The position numbers and the translations under genes are program-made. From Bdellovibrionota bacterium (GTDB taxonomy: Bacteria; Bdellovibrionota_C; UBA2361): a stretch of 64,000 nucleotides of DNA. The notes under the pieces are model-generated. The model was not told the origin of the DNA, searched no databases, and saw only the letters and a list, made by a program, of their open reading frames with translations. Below, in pieces: positions 59,366 through 64,000 of this stretch (positions are counted from its first letter, which is position 1; each line of letters opens with the position of its first letter). The DNA lies in contig JBILDU010000001.1 of assembly GCA_044352465.1 (NCBI GenBank), forward strand, positions 88,618-152,617. Reading direction: 5' to 3'.

Positions 59366-62300
59366 ATGGCTACGGAAACTATCGATGTTCAAAAAACGGC
59401 GGGCACTGTGGACGCGAAGTCTGCAATCGGAAGCTCTTCGTTGGCCCGCTCCGCAGGGGAGCGCGCGGCGGGGCAACCGCTGCCGTCGGAGCAAGAGCGG
59501 CTGAGCTGCTTTACCGTGGTGAAGCGCAACGGCATGCTCGTGCCGTTTCGGCGCGATAGAATTTTTAGCGCTATCGAAGCGGCCTTCCGTGCGACGCACG
59601 ACATCTCCTCGGCTACACCGTTGCCCCAGAATCTCTACAGCGCGGTTCAGGCGGTGACTGAAGAAGTTGTCAAAGAGGCAACGGCGAAGGCGCAGGATGG
59701 TGCTTGTCTGACCGTTGAGGGGATCCAGGACATCGTCGAGCTCAAGCTTATGCAGGGCAGTCACTACGACGTTGGGCGACGCTACATTATATATCGTGAC
59801 GAGCATAAGCTCGTCCGTGACGATTCTCCCCGGAATCTTAAGGTCCTTCGTCGCGACGGCAAATCGCTGGTCCGTTTCAACCCAATGAAGATCGCTTCGG
59901 CGATCGAGCGCGGCTTTCGAGCCACGCTCAAAATAGCAGGAGCAACCCCCCAGGAGGTGATCGACTCGGTCAACCTTTTGACGAACCGTGTGGTTCAGCG
60001 CGTGATGCAGCTCTCGAAGGAGGGGGTAGAGCTCCATGTTGAGCTCATCCAGGACGAAGTCGAGCGCCAGATGATGGCCGAGGGGTACTATAAGGTAGCA
60101 AAGGACTTTATCTTGTACCGCGCTGAGCGGGCGGCCGTGCGGGCTGTCGAGGAAGCGGCGCCTGAGGTCACTGAAAGTGTCGCGCGCCAAATTCCGCTCG
60201 ATGTTGATACCGGCGCACCGGGGCGTACTTTTAAAGTCACCGCGAAGGATAAGTCGGTCTTTACGATTACCGAGCGGGAGCTGCGAAAGCGTATCGAGTT
60301 TGCCGCCCGTGGTTATGAAAGTGTGGTCAACGCGGAGCAGATCCTCGAAGAGTCGCTGCGGAATTTCTACGAAAACATTCGGGTCGATGAGGTCGATCAG
60401 TCGAACGTCATGGCGGCGCGTGCTCGAGTTGAAAAAGAGCCGGCCTATTCTTACGTTGCTGCCCGCTTACTTCTCGATGTCATCTATCGAGAAACCCTCG
60501 GAGTGGATGCGCACAGCCCGCAAATTGAGGAGCTTCACGCCGAGTACTTCAAGAAGTATTTGAAGCGCGCAGTTGAAGTTGAGCGGGTTGACCCAGTTTT
60601 GCTCAATTTCGATCTGGAGAAGCTCGGCAAGGCGATGAAGCTCGAGCGTGACCAGCAGTTCACCTTCCTCGGGGTGCAGACCCTCTACGATCGCTACCTC
60701 ATCCACCATGAGGATGTGCGGCTTGAGACCCCGCAGATTTTCTGGATGCGTGTATCGATGGGCTTGGCGCTCCTCGAGGGTGAGCAGAAGAACGAGCGCG
60801 CTATCGAGTTCTATAACGTCCTCTCGCGGTTCCTTTTCACCTCGAGCACCCCGACGTTATTCAACTCTGGCACCCTCCACTCGCAGATGAGCTCGTGTTA
60901 CCTCACGACGACGATGGATGATCTCCAGCACATCTTTAAGATCATCTCTGATGACGCGCAGCTCTCGAAGTGGGCTGGTGGTCTTGGCAACGACTGGACC
61001 AATGTCCGGGCGACCGGTGCGCGGATCAAGGGCACGAACGGGCGTAGCCAGGGCGTTATCCCGTTCTTGAAAGTAGCCAACGATACGGCTGTCGCTGTCA
61101 ACCAAGGTGGCAAGCGGAAGGGGGCCATGTGCGCATACCTCGAGACGTGGCATCTCGATATCGAGGACTTCCTCGAGCTCAGGAAAAACACGGGCGACGA
61201 GCGTCGGCGTACTCACGACATGAACACGGCGAACTGGATTCCCGACCTCTTCATGAAGCGGGTGGCTCAGAACGGTACCTGGACCATGTTCAGCCCGAGC
61301 GATGTGCCCGACCTCCACGATCTCTACGGCACGGCCTTCGAGAAGCGCTATGCTGAGTACGAGGCGATGACGGAGAGCGGAAAGATTACTCTCTTCAAGA
61401 AAGTCGAAGCGATGACTCTGTGGCGAAAGATGCTCAGCATGCTCTTCGAGACGGGCCATCCGTGGATGACCTTCAAGGATCCGTCGAACATTCGATCGCC
61501 GCAAGACCACGCTGGGGTTGTGCACAGCTCGAACCTCTGCACCGAGATATTGCTCAATACCTCGGCAGATGAAACGGCGGTCTGTAACCTGGGTTCGATC
61601 AACCTGCTCTCGCATACCGGTCCGAACGGACTTAACCGAGAGTTGTTGGCTTCGACGGTAAGAACCGCCGTGCGGATGCTCGATAACGTTATCGACATCA
61701 ACTTCTATCCAACGGCTGAGGCGAAGAACGCGAACCTGCGGCACCGCCCGATCGGTCTCGGTATCATGGGATTCCAAGATGCCTTGTACGCTCAGGGGAT
61801 CAGCTATGCGAGCCCTGATGCGGTTCGGTTCGCCGACGAGAGCATGGAAGCGATCTCGTACTATGCGATCCTCGCCTCCAGTGAGCTTGCGAAGGAGCGG
61901 GGTGCGTACTCGAGCTATAAAGGCTCGAAGTGGGATCGCGGGATGCTCCCGATCGATACCTTAAAGCTTCTCGCGGAGGAGCGAGGCGACTACCTTGATA
62001 TCGATACCTCGGTTTCGATGGATTGGGCCCCGGTGCGGGAGTCGATCAAGAAGCACGGCATGCGCAACAGCAACACGATGGCGATCGCGCCGACGGCGAC
62101 GATCTCGAACATCACCGGTGTGGCGCAGTCGATTGAGCCGGCGTACAAGCACCTCTATGCGAAGTCGAACCTCTCGGGTGAGTTCACGGTGAACAACACC
62201 TTCCTCATCAACGACCTGCGCAAGCGTGGTTTGTGGGACGAGGAGATGATCGACGACCTCAAGTACTTTGACGGTTCGATCATGGAGATTCCGCGGGTGC

Positions 62301-62680
62301 CGGATGAGCTCAAGAAGGTCTACCTCACGGCTTTCGAGATCGAGCCGGAATGGATTATCGAGTGCGCAAGCCGCCGACAGAAGTGGATCGACATGGGGCA
62401 GTCGCTGAACCTCTATATCGCTGAACCGAGCGGTAAGAAGCTCAACGATATGTACATGCTGGCCTGGAAGAAGGGCTTAAAGACCACCTACTACCTGCGC
62501 TCGCTTGGTGCGACTCAGATTGAAAAGTCGACGACCGACGTCAACAAGCGAGGTCTCCAACCTCGCTGGATGAAGGAGAAGTCGGCTTCGAGTGAGATCG
62601 TGGTCGATCGCTCAGCGGTAGCCGCTCCGGAGATTCCGAAGGTGTGCAACCTCGATGGTGATTGCGAGAGCTGTCAGTAA
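59366..62680 (+). CDS. nrdA: Ribonucleoside-diphosphate reductase alpha subunit with three N-terminal ATP-cone-like domains
   Basis: [42 protein letters not shown]-terminal CESCQ; VVKRNG, VLRRDG and VTAKDK cone starts. Confidence 0.97.
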   Translation: MATETIDVQKTAGTVDAKSAIGSSSLARSAGERAAGQPLPSEQERLSCFTVVKRNGMLVPFRRDRIFSAIEAAFRATHDISSATPLPQNLYSAVQAVTEEVVKEATAKAQDGACLTVEGIQDIVELKLMQGSHYDVGRRYIIYRDEHKLVRDDSPRNLKVLRRDGKSLVRFNPMKIASAIERGFRATLKIAGATPQEVIDSVNLLTNRVVQRVMQLSKEGVELHVELIQDEVERQMMAEGYYKVAKDFILYRAERAAVRAVEEAAPEVTESVARQIPLDVDTGAPGRTFKVTAKDKSVFTITERELRKRIEFAARGYESVVNAEQILEESLRNFYENIRVDEVDQSNVMAARARVEKEPAYSYVAARLLLDVIYRETLGVDAHSPQIEELHAEYFKKYLKRAVEVERVDPVLLNFDLEKLGKAMKLERDQQFTFLGVQTLYDRYLIHHEDVRLETPQIFWMRVSMGLALLEGEQKNERAIEFYNVLSRFLFTSSTPTLFNSGTLHSQMSSCYLTTTMDDLQHIFKIISDDAQLSKWAGGLGNDWTNVRATGARIKGTNGRSQGVIPFLKVANDTAVAVNQGGKRKGAMCAYLETWHLDIEDFLELRKNTGDERRRTHDMNTANWIPDLFMKRVAQNGTWTMFSPSDVPDLHDLYGTAFEKRYAEYEAMTESGKITLFKKVEAMTLWRKMLSMLFETGHPWMTFKDPSNIRSPQDHAGVVHSSNLCTEILLNTSADETAVCNLGSINLLSHTGPNGLNRELLASTVRTAVRMLDNVIDINFYPTAEAKNANLRHRPIGLGIMGFQDALYAQGISYASPDAVRFADESMEAISYYAILASSELAKERGAYSSYKGSKWDRGMLPIDTLKLLAEERGDYLDIDTSVSMDWAPVRESIKKHGMRNSNTMAIAPTATISNITGVAQSIEPAYKHLYAKSNLSGEFTVNNTFLINDLRKRGLWDEEMIDDLKYFDGSIMEIPRVPDELKKVYLTAFEIEPEWIIECASRRQKWIDMGQSLNLYIAEPSGKKLNDMYMLAWKKGLKTTYYLRSLGATQIEKSTTDVNKRGLQPRWMKEKSASSEIVVDRSAVAAPEIPKVCNLDGDCESCQ

Positions 62681-62751
62681 ATTGAACGAAGTGCGTCGGC
62701 GCACCGAAGGGAGCGCTGACGCCGGGTGAATAACAAAGGGAAGGAGACGTT

Positions 62752-63822
62752 ATGTTGGATTTTGGTGACTCAGGTAGTCAGGGAAAAAGCGAGAGTAAAG
62801 ACGACACGGCCGGTCGGGTAAAGGCGAATCAGAAGCGCCTTATCAATGCGAACAAAGTTGATGTGAATCAGCTTATGCCGCTGAAGTACAAGTGGGCGTG
62901 GGAGCACTATCTCAACGGCTGCGCGAATAACTGGCTTCCCACCGAGGTCTCGATGGGTAAAGACATCGAGCTTTGGAAGTCGGATAAGCTGACCCAGGAT
63001 GAGCGCCGGGTTATTATGCGAAATCTCGGCTTCTTCAGCACGGCGGAGAGCCTCGTCGGGAATAATATTATTCTCGCCATCTTTAAGCACGTGACGAACC
63101 CGGAGGCACGGCAATACCTCCTTCGTCAGGCGTTTGAGGAAGCGGTCCACACGCACACATTCCATTACATCGTTGAGTCGCTTTCGCTCGATCAGGGCGA
63201 AGTCTTCAACATGTATAACGAGGTCAACACCATCCGGAATAAAGATAAGTTCGAGATGAAGTTGACCGCAGAAGTGGTGCGTGATGACTTCACGACCGAG
63301 ACGTTTGAGGGGGCCCAGAAGTTCCTCGAGAACCTCATCGGCTACTACGTCATCATGGAGGGAATCTTCTTCTACAGCGGATTCGTCATGATTCTGTCGT
63401 TCCACCGCCAGAATAAGATGACTGGGGTTGGAGAGCAGTTCCAGTACATCCTCCGTGACGAGTCGATCCACTTGAACTTCGGTATCGATCTCATCAACAG
63501 TATCAAAGCGGAGAACCCCGAACTGTGGAGCCCGGAGTTCCAGGAACGCATGGTCGCGAAGATCCGCGAGGCGGTAGAGCTCGAGTATCAATACGCTGCG
63601 GACTGCCTCCCCAACGGTATCTTGGGCCTCAGCGCGCCGATGTTCCGAGATTACGTTCAGTATATCGCCGATCGGCGGTTGGAGCGTATCGGATTGAAGC
63701 CCCAGTACGGCTCGAAGAATCCATTCCCGTGGATGAGCGAGACGATCGATCTTGGGAAGGAGAAGAACTTCTTCGAAACTCGGGTAACTGAGTATCAGAC
63801 GGCGGCGTCGTTGAGCTGGTAA
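62752..63822 (+). CDS. nrdB: Ribonucleoside-diphosphate reductase beta subunit, class Ic (R2c) signature
   Basis: [44 protein letters not shown]. Confidence 0.96.
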   Translation: MLDFGDSGSQGKSESKDDTAGRVKANQKRLINANKVDVNQLMPLKYKWAWEHYLNGCANNWLPTEVSMGKDIELWKSDKLTQDERRVIMRNLGFFSTAESLVGNNIILAIFKHVTNPEARQYLLRQAFEEAVHTHTFHYIVESLSLDQGEVFNMYNEVNTIRNKDKFEMKLTAEVVRDDFTTETFEGAQKFLENLIGYYVIMEGIFFYSGFVMILSFHRQNKMTGVGEQFQYILRDESIHLNFGIDLINSIKAENPELWSPEFQERMVAKIREAVELEYQYAADCLPNGILGLSAPMFRDYVQYIADRRLERIGLKPQYGSKNPFPWMSETIDLGKEKNFFETRVTEYQTAASLSW

Positions 63823-63851
63823 TACCGTCAACCGACTGAAGAGCCATGAGT

Positions 63852-63886
63852 GGGGCGTGTGGGTCTGACCTACACGCCCCTTTTTT
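63852..63886 (+). terminator. Rho-independent terminator of nrdAB
   Basis: GGGGCGTGTGGG / CCTACACGCCCC stem followed by TTTTTT. Confidence 0.88.
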
Positions 63887-64000
63887 GCTGATGCCCCTTG
63901 TGGGAGCGATGCCCAGCGTCTCTTGTCGATTGTCCCGAGTCTCGTCGGCCGCCGAGAATTTTGTATCCGTCCCCCCCCCAGGTAGCGCCCGCCGTTTATA

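Noticed and set aside
62770..63831. 353-aa antisense ORF over nrdB (also 60857-61777 and 59120-60190 over nrdA)
   Set aside because: Shadow frames of strongly codon-biased genes; no recognisable motifs

Overview
Bacterial chromosomal window, GC-rich with short AT-rich intergenic patches; no rRNA, tRNA, CRISPR array or intact transposase was seen. Housekeeping content: a scattered o-succinylbenzoate menaquinone pathway (menH; menF-menD; menB-menA-menE; no menC seen), a short GNAT plus argC, an imuA-imuB-dnaE2 mutagenesis cassette, rimK, MFS-nhaA, a TPP-riboswitch-led thiS-thiC-tenI-like-thiD-thiE-thiG-thiH-thiF operon, slyD, feoAB, and nrdAB with NrdR boxes. The nrdAB pair has the Chlamydia-type class Ic (Mn/Fe, tyrosyl-radical-less) signature and three ATP-cones. 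The most notable accessory signals are: (i) three stand-alone small orphan genes (a lipoprotein, a beta-rich protein, a tandem CsrA-like protein), each bracketed by long G-U-containing 5' and 3' RNA stems, one with a 3' tail complementary to its own ribosome-binding site; (ii) a single-chain, doubled CsrA-like protein with CANGGA motifs in its own leader; (iii) a DUF6502 HTH-like gene whose promoter carries a perfect 22-bp palindrome, set among secreted beta-sandwich proteins; (iv) two arrays of a GGAG-type REP/REPIN repeat with 100-bp period; (v) a decayed wHTH + nucleotidyltransferase toxin-antitoxin remnant not captured by the ORF track; (vi) large orphan proteins carrying a PD-(D/E)XK motif or a lipase domain. 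All calls come from motif recognition by eye; no database search or folding computation was run.
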